38,403 nt of DNA from Thermoflexales bacterium (GCA_007118795.1 SKQX01000195.1:1-38403); one strand, 5' to 3'; positions 16,825 to 26,333 are shown, counted from the stretch's first letter. Notes: generated by a model not told the origin, from the sequence alone. Numbers and translations are program-made.

Positions 16825-17196
16825 ATGAGTAACAGTCGAGTGAGGCTGGGACGACTGGGCGAATCCGTGGCAGTCCAAGAGCTTACGCGGCGAGGTCACA
16901 GGGTCGTCAGTCGCAACTGGCGGTGTCGGATCGGCGAGGTAGACATCGTCGCTTGCTACGGCGAAAGGTGGACATTCTTTGAAGTGCGGACGAGGCGCGG
17001 CCGTGACTTCGGTGTCCCAGAAGAGTCGCTCACGGGAACCAAGATAGAACGAATGGTGGACGTGGCGTGCATGTACCTGGCCGAGCACGGCGAAAACGTT
17101 CACGAGGTCGATTGGGGTATTGGACTTGTGGCGGTAGAGATGGACAGAGCCGGTCGTTTGTTGCGGGTCGATGTCTACGAGAACATCCTACCATAA
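16825..17196 (+). CDS. yraN: YraN/UPF0102 family endonuclease-like protein
   Basis: GESVAVQELTRRGHRVVSRNWRCRIGEVDIVA...FFEVRTRRG is the typical UPF0102 signature. Confidence 0.85.
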   Translation: MSNSRVRLGRLGESVAVQELTRRGHRVVSRNWRCRIGEVDIVACYGERWTFFEVRTRRGRDFGVPEESLTGTKIERMVDVACMYLAEHGENVHEVDWGIGLVAVEMDRAGRLLRVDVYENILP

Positions 17197-17226
17197 GCTT
17201 CTAGCGGGCAGTCGCGGCGGCTAACC

Positions 17227-18183
17227 GTGTCTCGATCCTGGAAGCTGGATCCTCCTCTGCTAGCTGTCGTCGGGCCCACCGGGGTGGGTAAGACATCGCT
17301 ATCGCTTCATCTCGCGGAATCGTTCGAAGGCGAGATTGTCTGCGCCGATTCGCGCTCATTCTACCGGGGGATGGATATCGGCACGGCCAAGCCCACACCG
17401 GAGGAGCGCGCCCGGGTTCGGCATCATCTTATTGACATCGCTGATCCAGACGAGACCGTAGGACTGGCTGAGTATCAAGATCTAGCTTATGCTGCTATCG
17501 ACGATATCCGCCGGCGGTTGAGGCTACCACTGCTCGTGGGAGGGACCGGCCAGTACGTGTCGGCTGTCGTCGAGGGTTGGCGGATTCCCCGGGTACCTCC
17601 GCAGCCGGAACTCCGAGATGCGCTGGAGACGATGGCTGAGGAGGAGAGTTCATATGCTCTCCATGCGTGGCTGGAGCAACTGGATCCGGATGCAGCGGAG
17701 GAGATCCATCCCCACAACGTCCGACGGGTCGTGCGCGCACTGGAGGTTTGCCTGATCAGCGGGCGGCCTATCTCCAAGCAAAGGGGGAAAGAACCACCGC
17801 CGTACACTGTCCAGCAAGTGGGACTGACTATGGATCGCGACAGACTTTACGAGCGTGTGGATAGGCGACTCCAGTTGATGCTCGATGCAGGGCTGTTGAA
17901 GGAGGTCGGTGGTCTGGTGGCTCGAGGATACGACTGGACCCTGCCGGCCATGTCGGCAGTGGGCTACGCAGAGTTTGAGCCCTACTTCGCGGGTGAGGCA
18001 TCGCTCGATGAGGTGATCAAACAGATCCAGGCCGATCTTCGTCGTATCATCCGTCATCAGTACAACTGGTTCAGTCTGGACGATCCGGAGATCTGGTGGT
18101 TTGACGTGGGACGCATGTCCCACGAGGAGATCGAGTCTGAGGTTGGGACGTGGCTGGAGCGGCTCGGGGGTAACGGTGGATGA
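17227..18183 (+). CDS. miaA: tRNA dimethylallyltransferase
   Basis: It has the P-loop VVGPTGVGKTSLS and the motifs DSRSFYRGMDIGTAKP and HHLID. It uses a GTG start. Confidence 0.9.
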   Translation: MSRSWKLDPPLLAVVGPTGVGKTSLSLHLAESFEGEIVCADSRSFYRGMDIGTAKPTPEERARVRHHLIDIADPDETVGLAEYQDLAYAAIDDIRRRLRLPLLVGGTGQYVSAVVEGWRIPRVPPQPELRDALETMAEEESSYALHAWLEQLDPDAAEEIHPHNVRRVVRALEVCLISGRPISKQRGKEPPPYTVQQVGLTMDRDRLYERVDRRLQLMLDAGLLKEVGGLVARGYDWTLPAMSAVGYAEFEPYFAGEASLDEVIKQIQADLRRIIRHQYNWFSLDDPEIWWFDVGRMSHEEIESEVGTWLERLGGNGG

Positions 18184-18233
18184 AGTTCGGTGGGTTCGTG
18201 CCAGCCGCCTACGGTATACAGGTTCCCTGACGC

Positions 18234-18262
18234 TTGCATCGCGTATATGCTGATGGTAGAAT
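18234..18262 (+). promoter_or_regulatory. Sigma70-type promoter TTGCAT-N17-TAGAAT with an extended -10 TG
   Basis: TTGCAT is at 18234-18239 and TGGTAGAAT at 18254-18262, upstream of the GNAT gene. Confidence 0.45.
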
Positions 18263-18306
18263 GCCCAACGTGAGGTGTGCTGTGACTCAACAGCAGGAGC
18301 TGGTTG

Positions 18307-18837
18307 ATGCTGATCCGTCCCGCTGAACCCGAAGACTTAGCGCCCTGCAGGGCGCTTGATCACTCAGGCACAACCGACCGTGTCTGGCAGATGGAGAACT
18401 GGCCCGATAGTGCGATGCCAGCGGTATCGTTTCGCACGGTGCGTCTGCCCAGGGAGATCAAGGTGGAGTACCCGCGGCAAGGCAAAGCCTTGCTCACCGG
18501 TTGGAAGGATCGAGACGGATTTCTCGTGCTGGAGACAGACGGTGGGGTCTCAGGGTACGTAGCGCTGACAGCACGGCCCGAGAACGGACTGGTCTGGGTG
18601 GGAGATCTTGTGGTAGATCCTTCCGAACGGCGCCGCGGCATTGGAACGACGTTGCTGAGAGCTGCCGCACACTGGGGACAGAAACGTGACCTAGGCAGGT
18701 TGATGGTCGAGGTTCATACGAAGAACTATCCAGCCATCGCCTTCTGCTACGCTTGCGGGCTGACCCTTTCTGGCTACAATGAACACTACTGGCCTAACGA
18801 CGACATCGCGCTCTTTTTTACCGGAAAACTACGATAG
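18307..18837 (+). CDS. GNAT family N-acetyltransferase
   Basis: The acetyl-CoA motif is VGDLVVDPSERRRGIGTTLLRAAAHWG. The ATG at 18307 follows the TTG used by the track, and GGAG lies 8 nt upstream. Confidence 0.85.
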   Translation: MLIRPAEPEDLAPCRALDHSGTTDRVWQMENWPDSAMPAVSFRTVRLPREIKVEYPRQGKALLTGWKDRDGFLVLETDGGVSGYVALTARPENGLVWVGDLVVDPSERRRGIGTTLLRAAAHWGQKRDLGRLMVEVHTKNYPAIAFCYACGLTLSGYNEHYWPNDDIALFFTGKLR

Positions 18838-18909
18838 CTCGTCTGTTGGTCACGTCTAGTCGGCGGGTGTAGGCTATCGGCGACAGGCGTCCGAAGTGGG
18901 TGCGCTGGG

Positions 18910-20934
18910 ATGTTCGTCGGATACAGGTTTAGTGGGCTGATGGATCTCTTACTGGCGATAGATGTAATTAGGCTGTTCGAGTGGCTCAACGTGGTGTTGA
19001 CCTCGGGCATCGTCATCTTCTCGTTTGCCCTGCTGCTTTACCTGCTCATCTACAGTCGTCGGAACAGCGTGGCTCGTACCTTTGCTTTCCTGCTAGGATG
19101 CGTGCTCCTGACGTACTTCACTGACCTAGCCTTGTTCGATGTCAAGGACTGGCAAGTGGCCCGGCCCTGGCTGGGGATCCAATGGATTGGCATCGCCTTC
19201 ACACCGGCAGCGTACTTGAATTTCTCCTACGCACTGCTGACCACAACGGGAGAACGGAACAGGACACGGATGACCGCCGTGCGCGCCAGTTATGTCATGA
19301 GCGCGCTATTGCTGCTGGCGGTGGCATTCAGCGATCTGGTGGTTAAGGGTGGCGGGGTGACTCATCGAGGAGTGCACTTGCGGCCCGGTTCGTTCTTCCC
19401 CCTCTTCACTCTTTACTTCTTGGTGGCCGTCGGCTGGGGGGCAGCGAACGTCCTACGGGCACGCCGGCGATGCTTGACCTCGACATCGAGGCGTCGCATG
19501 ACGTATTTGGCGGTGACCTTCGCAGCGCCGGCGGCTGGTGCCTTCCCGTACCTGCTGCTGACCGGATGGCCAACCTCGACACCGGGGCTTGTCCTCTGGG
19601 TAGTTCTGGTGCTGGGGAACCTCGGGGTCGGATTCATGCTGGTCGTGCTATCGTACAGCGTCGTGTCTTTTGGTGCCCTGACCCCGGACCGCGTGGTGAA
19701 ACACCGCATCGTCCACTTCCTGCTCCGGGCGCCCTTCGTCGCCACGCTGGTGGTGATCATCATTGTGGTAACCGGTCAAGCGGAAGGCTGGTTAGGCCTC
19801 CCGAGCCATCGTATCATGCTATTCGGTGTGGTCGGCGTCATCCTACTCCTGCAGATCAGTGTGGAGCTGGCCAAGCCACTGATAGATCGGGCGCTCTACA
19901 TGGAGGACCGAGAGGAGATCGAGTGGATCCAGCAACTATCGAGTCGGCTGTTGACCTCTACTGACCTCCACCAGTTCCTGGAAAACGTGCTGACCGCTCT
20001 GTGCGAGTTACTGCGTGTGGACACCGCCTTTGTAGCTGTTCTAGACAACGGGAAGCCGCATCTGGAGGTCGTCTGTGGGGATCTGAGCCCAACTCGCCTG
20101 GGAGCACTCTCCTTCGAAGCCTGGCAAGCCTCGCTCGACCAGGTCTGCGGAGAAGCAAATCCGGCGGGGCCATCCGGGGACGATAATACCCCAGCACACG
20201 ATCCTCAGCTTGAGCGACATGGCGATCTGTTTGTCTGGAACGGCTATTGGCTCGCGCCGCTGCGCTCCACCCAGGATGAGGGAGTGATTCTGGGAGTACT
20301 CGGGATAGCAGCCCGCGGACCTGAGCCCGATCTGACGGCAGAAGAGAAGGTGGGGGTGGAGACCCTGCTGGCACAGGCGTCAGTGGCCCTTGAGGACCGA
20401 CGGCTCCAGCAAGGCATCTTCGGGGCTCTGGAACGGATTATGCCGGAGATTGAGGACATCCAGCGGCGGCGTGGCATGATCCACTATGTCGGCGATCAAG
20501 CACTCTCCGAGTTCAAGCTGGTGGAGTCCGGCGAACTACGGGAGTGGGTGCACGACGCGCTGAAGCACTACTGGGGCGGCCCCAAGTTGACGACGAACCC
20601 CTTGATGGCTCTCGAGGTTGTCGAACGGGCGACCCGCGAGCAAGACGGGAATGTCACCAAGGGCCTGCGGGCAGTGCTTCGCGAGGCCATTGAGAGACTG
20701 CGACCCGAAGGTGATCGGAAGATGACCGCGCCAGCGTGGGTTCTGTACAACATCCTAGACCTGAAGTTCCTCCAAGGACATAAGGTCCGGGATGTGGCGC
20801 ACCGTCTGGCTATGAGTGAGTCGAACCTGTATCGCAAGCAACGCGTAGCGATAAAGGCCGCCGCACAGATGGTGGCGGAGATGGAAAGGGAGGAGTTGCA
20901 GAATCAGCACGAGAGGGTTACCCGGAGTGGATGA
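18910..20934 (+). CDS. Membrane protein: N-terminal multi-TM (7TM sensor-like) domain, GAF-like middle domain and C-terminal sigma70-region-4-like HTH
   Basis: About 320 aa of hydrophobic helices come first. A GAF-like segment follows (TDLHQFLENVLTALCELLRVDTAFVAVLD...). The C-terminus reads ALKHYWGGPKLTTNPL...VLYNILDLKFLQGHKVRDVAHRLAMSESNLYRKQRVAIKAAA, which resembles sigma region 4 / LuxR-type HTH. I see no kinase or other output domain. Confidence 0.8.
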   Translation: MFVGYRFSGLMDLLLAIDVIRLFEWLNVVLTSGIVIFSFALLLYLLIYSRRNSVARTFAFLLGCVLLTYFTDLALFDVKDWQVARPWLGIQWIGIAFTPAAYLNFSYALLTTTGERNRTRMTAVRASYVMSALLLLAVAFSDLVVKGGGVTHRGVHLRPGSFFPLFTLYFLVAVGWGAANVLRARRRCLTSTSRRRMTYLAVTFAAPAAGAFPYLLLTGWPTSTPGLVLWVVLVLGNLGVGFMLVVLSYSVVSFGALTPDRVVKHRIVHFLLRAPFVATLVVIIIVVTGQAEGWLGLPSHRIMLFGVVGVILLLQISVELAKPLIDRALYMEDREEIEWIQQLSSRLLTSTDLHQFLENVLTALCELLRVDTAFVAVLDNGKPHLEVVCGDLSPTRLGALSFEAWQASLDQVCGEANPAGPSGDDNTPAHDPQLERHGDLFVWNGYWLAPLRSTQDEGVILGVLGIAARGPEPDLTAEEKVGVETLLAQASVALEDRRLQQGIFGALERIMPEIEDIQRRRGMIHYVGDQALSEFKLVESGELREWVHDALKHYWGGPKLTTNPLMALEVVERATREQDGNVTKGLRAVLREAIERLRPEGDRKMTAPAWVLYNILDLKFLQGHKVRDVAHRLAMSESNLYRKQRVAIKAAAQMVAEMEREELQNQHERVTRSG

Positions 20935-21057
20935 GCCCAGCTGACCATTGGGGACGTCTAACCGATGGTCGAGTTGGTAGCCTCACCAGCGACGAGGGCA
21001 CGGGGAAGTGAGAAAGCAGGTGAGGAGCGGTGGTGGACGGTAGGAGGCAACAGAGAT

Positions 21058-22080
21058 ATGGGACAGAGGGGCGAATGGATCCCACCCAACGCGCCACTTA
21101 GCGAGGAATACTGGCAGTCATTGTTGCGCGATGGGGCGAACAGGGGGGAGGCGTTGGCTGCCCGGGACCCGGGCCGCTGGGATGACGAGATCACAGAAGA
21201 ACCCACGACCCATGCAGGGCCTGGCGAGGGCAACCCCATTGACGATGCGTGGAGAGAAGCACGCACTCTTATGGACGAGGGCCAAGTAGTGGAGTTGCCC
21301 GTCGTCGGGTGCAACAGAGGCGGACTGCTCGTGGAGTGGAAAGGTCTGCAGGGTTTCGTTCCCGCTTCTCACCTGCAGAGTCTAACTCCTATGGGAGGGC
21401 AAGCGGAGCGACAGGAGGAGTTACGCCATCTGATCGGGACCAGATTACCATTGCGGGTCATCGAGTTGGATCCAACCAGCCATCGGTTCGTGCTCTCCGA
21501 GCGGACCGGTGACGCTGCTGACCCATCTGGCGAGCAGATATGGAGCACCCTGGAGCCCGGCGACGTCTGCGAAGGGCGCGTCACGAATCTCTGCTCCTTC
21601 GGTGCTTTCGTCGATTTGGGTGGCTTCGAGGGGTTGATCCATATTTCGGAATTGTCCTGGGGCCGGGTGGGGCATCCCGCTGACGTACTGGAGGTCGGGG
21701 AGACCTTGGAAGTCTACGTGTTGAACGTCGAACCAGAGCGAGAGCGAGTTGGATTGAGCATCAAGCGCCTCCAGCCCAACCCCTGGGAGTCCGTGGACGA
21801 GCGGTACGCAGTTGGTGAGCTTGTGGACGGAACCGTCACCCACGTTGTGGACTTCGGCGCCTTTGTTCAGGTGGAAGAAGGGCTAGAGGGCCTGGTCCAC
21901 GTCTCGGAGTTGCCCTCGGGGAGCGCAGACAATCCTCACGCCATCGTGCAAGAGGGTGACCGAGTCTCGGTTCAGGTGCTCGACGTCGACAGAGCGCGAC
22001 GGAGAATGGGACTGCGGCTCGAGCAAGTGCAAGTCGGCGCTGAGATCCGAGGATCCGATGACCGGGAGACCGAAGGGTAG
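21058..22080 (+). CDS. S1 RNA-binding domain protein (three S1 repeats, ribosomal protein S1-like)
   Basis: Repeated S1 cores are GLLVEWKGLQGFVPASH, GRVTNLCSFGAFVDLGGFEGLIHISEL and GTVTHVVDFGAFVQVEEGLEGLVHVSEL. I prefer the ATG at 21058, with AGGAGG 10 nt upstream, over the track start at 20965. Confidence 0.85.
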   Translation: MGQRGEWIPPNAPLSEEYWQSLLRDGANRGEALAARDPGRWDDEITEEPTTHAGPGEGNPIDDAWREARTLMDEGQVVELPVVGCNRGGLLVEWKGLQGFVPASHLQSLTPMGGQAERQEELRHLIGTRLPLRVIELDPTSHRFVLSERTGDAADPSGEQIWSTLEPGDVCEGRVTNLCSFGAFVDLGGFEGLIHISELSWGRVGHPADVLEVGETLEVYVLNVEPERERVGLSIKRLQPNPWESVDERYAVGELVDGTVTHVVDFGAFVQVEEGLEGLVHVSELPSGSADNPHAIVQEGDRVSVQVLDVDRARRRMGLRLEQVQVGAEIRGSDDRETEG

Positions 22081-22101
22081 AAATCTGCCGATTAGAGGAC
22101 T

Positions 22102-24279
22102 ATGAACAAGAGCCGGAGCCCGTGGCAGCCAGGATCGATCCTGGTTAGCCCGCTAGTCCCCCAGGTGACAGCGCTGCTGGTGATCGCGCTGGGAACGATC
22201 ACCCTGTTGGCGGTGTTCGGCGTCGCCGACGGTCACTGGGTGAACGCGTGGGTCGATCTTCTGCGCTATCTCGTGGGCTGGGGCGTTTATCCGGCGGGCG
22301 CTTCCATCGTGTTGGCGGGTCTTCTGTGGCTCCAGTATCTCTTGGATCAAGTGGTTCTCTGGCGATGGCGTCCCTTCGTCGGTGCCGAGCTGGTGTTCTT
22401 CAGTCTCCTGGGACTAACCCACGTCATACTAGGCGGTACCGATCCTTGGGCATTAGTAGAGCACGGTGGAGGCGGGGGGCTTCTCGGCTGGGGGATCTCG
22501 ATTTTCCTCCTGACCTATGTGGGATGGCTACCTGCGGTGGTTGTGCTGTCCGCCTTCTTCGTCATGGGTCTGGGACTTGCCTTTGACGTAACAGCGGACG
22601 ACCTAAGGCAGACACTGGAAGTGGTGCGGGGGGGCATCGCTTCCTATCGGGCGCAGCGTGCCCGCAGGCGATCGGTAGGGGAGTCGCCAGTATCCGCGGA
22701 GAGACGACCTGGGCCTGCCGCCGACCCCACGGAGACGAATCCTCCCCGGTCGCCGACCCGATCGTCTCAGTCCATATCGAAGCGCAGGACCATCGAGCAG
22801 GGACGCCAGTCTGCCCTGCCGCCTATCAGCCTCCTTGATGAGTCGGAGGGCCCTCCCTTGACGGATCAGCAGGTGCGTCGAAAGGCACAGATCATCAAGG
22901 AGACTCTGGCGCAGTTCGGGCTGCCGGTGGAGGTCGTCGAGGTACGGATGGGCCCCGCCGTGACCCAGTTTGGCGTCGAGCCGGGCTTCGTGGAGCGCGC
23001 CCGCTCCAGTGAGCGGAAGGTACGTGTCCGGCAGATAAGCCAGCGATCGGACGATCTTGCTCTGGCGCTGGCGACGCCTCGCCTGCGCGTTGAAGCTCCC
23101 GTACCCGGTAGACCTTTCGTGGGTATTGAGGTACCCAACGAGGAGATACAGGTGGTCAGCATCCGCGAGGTCTTGACCTCGGACCCGTTTCGAACGGTGG
23201 ATTCGTGTCTGGCGATCGCCTTGGGTCACGACGTGGCAGGCCAGTCAGTTGTGGCGGACCTCGCCGAGATGCCACATCTCCTGATTGGCGGAACCACCGG
23301 TTCCGGGAAGTCCGTGTGTATCAAGTCGATCACGGCCTGCCTGATCTGTAACAACACCCCTGACGAACTGCGCCTGGTGATGATCGACCCCAAGATGGTG
23401 GAATTGGTCCGGTTCAACGGGCTGCCCCACATCTACGGAGAGGTCGAGGTTGACCTAGACCGAGTCGTCAAGGTTCTCCGCTGGGTAGCTCTGGAGATGG
23501 ACGAGCGCTACAGGCGATTCGCGGATGCTTCGGCACGCCATCTTGATGACTACAACCGCAAGATGGCCGAGGAGGGCAAGCCAGTTCTGCCGCGAATTGT
23601 TGCATTGATCGACGAGTTGGCCGACTTGATGATGCTGGCGCCCGAGGCGGTGGAGCAGCTGCTATGTCGCATCGCGCAGATGGGCCGGGCTACGGGGATA
23701 CACCTCATCGTGGCAACCCAGCGGCCCAGCACCGACGTCATCACCGGGCTGATCAAGGCAAATTTCCCGGCGCGGATTTCCTTCGCCACCGCGAGCCAAG
23801 TGGACTCAAGGGTCATCCTAGATACCCAGGGCGCGGAGACGCTCCTCGGAGACGGCGATATGCTCTATCTGGCGGCGGATGCCAGCCATCCCGTCCGGGT
23901 GCAGGGGTGTTACGTCGGGTCAGAGGAACTGGATCGCATCATCGGTTTCTGGCGAAGAGAGACGGGACCAGTCGAGGAGACGACTCCGTGGGCGCAGATG
24001 GTGGGGCCCGACGTAGCCGTCGATGCCGAGGGCGAACCGTACGACCCTGACTACGTCGATGAGGAGATGCTTCAGCGGGCCATTTCTCTGGTGAGAGAAC
24101 GGGGAACTGCCTCAGCCTCACTCTTGCAACGGCGCCTGCACGTCGGCTATCCGCGGGCCGCGCGTCTGATGGAAGTTATGACAGAGATGAACATCATCGG
24201 CCCGCCTGTTGCTGGTGGCCGCAGACGAGACGTGCTGATTGAGGGCCATGATGAGAATCTCCCCGACGTTGCGTCCTGA
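22102..24279 (+). CDS. ftsK: DNA translocase FtsK/SpoIIIE
   Basis: It has N-terminal TM helices, a Pro/Arg-rich linker, the motor with Walker A GGTTGSGKS and Walker B ALIDELADLMM, and a gamma winged-helix domain (ASLLQRRLHVGYPRAARLMEVM). Confidence 0.95.
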   Translation: MNKSRSPWQPGSILVSPLVPQVTALLVIALGTITLLAVFGVADGHWVNAWVDLLRYLVGWGVYPAGASIVLAGLLWLQYLLDQVVLWRWRPFVGAELVFFSLLGLTHVILGGTDPWALVEHGGGGGLLGWGISIFLLTYVGWLPAVVVLSAFFVMGLGLAFDVTADDLRQTLEVVRGGIASYRAQRARRRSVGESPVSAERRPGPAADPTETNPPRSPTRSSQSISKRRTIEQGRQSALPPISLLDESEGPPLTDQQVRRKAQIIKETLAQFGLPVEVVEVRMGPAVTQFGVEPGFVERARSSERKVRVRQISQRSDDLALALATPRLRVEAPVPGRPFVGIEVPNEEIQVVSIREVLTSDPFRTVDSCLAIALGHDVAGQSVVADLAEMPHLLIGGTTGSGKSVCIKSITACLICNNTPDELRLVMIDPKMVELVRFNGLPHIYGEVEVDLDRVVKVLRWVALEMDERYRRFADASARHLDDYNRKMAEEGKPVLPRIVALIDELADLMMLAPEAVEQLLCRIAQMGRATGIHLIVATQRPSTDVITGLIKANFPARISFATASQVDSRVILDTQGAETLLGDGDMLYLAADASHPVRVQGCYVGSEELDRIIGFWRRETGPVEETTPWAQMVGPDVAVDAEGEPYDPDYVDEEMLQRAISLVRERGTASASLLQRRLHVGYPRAARLMEVMTEMNIIGPPVAGGRRRDVLIEGHDENLPDVAS

Positions 24280-24327
24280 GCCCTGACCCGGACGAGCGGT
24301 ACTGCAGAATGGAGCGCTCCCCTGGCA

Positions 24328-24474
24328 GTGGGCACGTGTCCTAAGTGCGGCGGCGATCTGGTCGAACGGACGGGGAAGATGGGCATCTTCTGGGGCTGCT
24401 CAAACTACCCTGATTGTGGCCATCGGCAGCGACCAACTGCCCCGGACGAAGGGGAGGAAGAGTCAGCCACGTGA
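24328..24474 (+). CDS. Small topoisomerase-type C4 zinc-ribbon protein (48 aa), not in the ORF track
   Basis: My own translation gives (V/M)[52 protein letters not shown]...WGCSNYPDC is the zf-C4_Topoisom pattern. The ORF is in the same frame as ftsK, 16 codons after its TGA. Its own TGA (24472-24474) overlaps the GTG at 24471. The start codon choice (GTG 24328) is uncertain. Confidence 0.5.
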   Translation: MGTCPKCGGDLVERTGKMGIFWGCSNYPDCGHRQRPTAPDEGEEESAT

Positions 24475-25613
24475 ACGATGCCCCCAGACTGGGACTCGAC
24501 GTGGGGCGCCTCTCCGGACAGGAAGAGGGAGAGACACGCAGTCCACGGACCTCAGAACGTCATCGGATCATCGCCCACCTGGATCTGGACGCGTTCTATG
24601 CCGCCGTCGAGGTGCTCGAGAACCCGGACCTGGTGGGCAAGCCCATCCTGGTAGGTGGGAGACCGCAGAGCAGAGGAGTCGTTGCTGCGGCGTCCTACGC
24701 AGCTCGAGAATACGGGGTTCACTCGGCGATGCCCATGTACCAGGCAGTGCGGCTCTGCCCCCGAGCCATCGTCCTCTCCCCGCGTTTCCACCTTTACCGG
24801 GAGTACTCCCGCCGGGTCATGGAGATACTGCACCAGACGACCCCCGTGATTGAAGAGGTCAGCATCGATGAAGCCTACCTCGATTTGACGGATCAAGTGA
24901 ATCAGTGGGGTGATGCAGCAAGGATAGCGCGGCGGTTGCAGCAGCGCGTGCAGGACAAGGTGGGGCTTTCAGCGTCGTTGGGGCTGGCCTCCAACAAGCT
25001 GGTGGCCAAAGTGGCCTCCGACTACGACAAACCGGGGGGTCTGACAGTCGTTGGTCCAGGCGAAGAAGCGGCATTTCTGGAACCACTGCCGGTGCGGGTG
25101 CTCTGGGGGATCGGTCCGGTCACCGCCGAGAAGTTGATGGAGATGGGCGTGACGACGGTGGGCGAGTTGGCGCGCCTGTCCGAAGGAAAGCTGGTGGACT
25201 GTTTCGGAGAGCACGGGGCGGCGATGGTGCGGCGGGCTCGGGGGATAGACCGGCGCGCGGTGGTGACGGAGCACACGCGGAAGTCAGTCAGTCGGGAGAG
25301 GACGTTCGACCGAGACTTGGGGGAGATGGAGGCGCTGAAGAGACAGCTCTGGGGGCTGAGTCAGGGTGTCTCAGAGCGCCTGAACCGCGCTGGTGCCGTT
25401 GCGGGAACGGTAGCGATCAAGCTGCGCTACGAAGACTTCGAAACGCTGACCCGTCAGATGAGTCTGGATGTGCCAACGGCTGATACGGTGAGGATCTACA
25501 GCGCCGCACTGGTATTGCTGTCGCAGACCTGGGAGTCAGGGCGCCCGGTTCGTTTGCTGGGCATCGGGGGCACGGATCTGAGACCGCCGACAGGACAGAT
25601 GGCCCTTTTCTAA
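24471..25613 (+). CDS. dinB: DNA polymerase IV (Y-family)
   Basis: [16 protein letters not shown] carries the catalytic DxD context. Other motifs are [24 protein letters not shown] and [12 protein letters not shown]. The track TTG at 24414 would add about 40 non-conserved residues and overlap the zinc-ribbon ORF. I prefer the GTG at 24471 (GGAGG 13 nt upstream); the GTG at 24501 is also possible. Confidence 0.9.
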   Translation: MNDAPRLGLDVGRLSGQEEGETRSPRTSERHRIIAHLDLDAFYAAVEVLENPDLVGKPILVGGRPQSRGVVAAASYAAREYGVHSAMPMYQAVRLCPRAIVLSPRFHLYREYSRRVMEILHQTTPVIEEVSIDEAYLDLTDQVNQWGDAARIARRLQQRVQDKVGLSASLGLASNKLVAKVASDYDKPGGLTVVGPGEEAAFLEPLPVRVLWGIGPVTAEKLMEMGVTTVGELARLSEGKLVDCFGEHGAAMVRRARGIDRRAVVTEHTRKSVSRERTFDRDLGEMEALKRQLWGLSQGVSERLNRAGAVAGTVAIKLRYEDFETLTRQMSLDVPTADTVRIYSAALVLLSQTWESGRPVRLLGIGGTDLRPPTGQMALF

Positions 25614-25635
25614 GCGCTTGCGACCATCGGGCGAG

Positions 25636-26094
25636 TCAGCTACTCTCCGACCTCCACGGCAGACGTCCCTCAATCTCGATCTCGAGGGCGAAGCTCAGGA
25701 AGGTACGAAGAGCGATTATCGCCGCCAAGATCCCTACGTTGGCAAACGTGCGGTCTACCGCAACGGTGCGGATGATGTCAGCCGCCACTAGGAACTCCAG
25801 GCCGAGAAGGATCGTTGTGCCGAGATGGTGGCGGCAGGTGCGGCACGTCTCTTGAACTACGAATCTGGCGAGGGAGTCTTGCACGAAGGCTATGGTGGCC
25901 GCCAGAGCGCCCTTGACAATGACCGCGATGCCTATGATTTCGATGGCGGTGGCCACGATCTGTGCTGCCGCAGTGAAGAGGGGGATTCCCTCTTGTCCAA
26001 GGATGAGATCGGAGGCCTCGCCAGGCCGAATCGTACATCCCACAACAAGCAATAGAAGGAACGCAATCAGGGGATAGGCTCTTTGGACGCTCAC
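25636..26094 (-). CDS. DUF1622-like small integral membrane protein
   Basis: The conserved C-terminal part is IEIIGIAVIVKGALAATIAF...LGLEFLVAADIIRTV...ALRTFLSFALEIE. I prefer the GTG at 26094, where AGGAGG sits 5 nt upstream. The 68 extra N-terminal residues in the track ORF look non-protein-like. Confidence 0.75.
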   Translation of the reverse strand: MSVQRAYPLIAFLLLLVVGCTIRPGEASDLILGQEGIPLFTAAAQIVATAIEIIGIAVIVKGALAATIAFVQDSLARFVVQETCRTCRHHLGTTILLGLEFLVAADIIRTVAVDRTFANVGILAAIIALRTFLSFALEIEIEGRLPWRSESS

Positions 26095-26305
26095 TGGGGC
26101 CTCCTGATGTATGTTGGATTCGAACACGCTGTTACGGGCAGCAGGTGACCGGAGCACACCATCCTGATGATTGTTGCGCCGGACGCTTGTCACCGGTACT
26201 TTACCACAATCCCGCAGGATTCCAACAAAATGACGGGTAGGAGACGGGAATTTCGTTAGTGTCGGGCCTACCCGATCAGCCACGCTCGATTGGCCCACTC
26301 CAGAA

Positions 26306-26333
26306 TTGACAATCTCTCATTCTGCTCTATAAT
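26306..26333 (+). promoter_or_regulatory. Consensus sigma70 promoter TTGACA-N16-TATAAT of imuB-dnaE2
   Basis: TTGACA is at 26306-26311 and TATAAT at 26328-26333. Both hexamers are perfect matches. Confidence 0.6.

Noticed and set aside
26121-26135. Second LexA-like site CGAACACGCTGTTAC upstream of the DUF1622 gene.
   Set aside because: The half-sites are separated by 5 nt instead of 4, and the right arm is GTTAC rather than GTTC. This does not fit the operator geometry.
26149-26166. Fluoride-riboswitch-like GGATGGTGTGCTCC (minus strand) in the DUF1622 leader.
   Set aside because: The downstream conserved AACCGCC and CUGAUGAUGCCUAC elements are missing, and DUF1622 is not a known fluoride-responsive gene.
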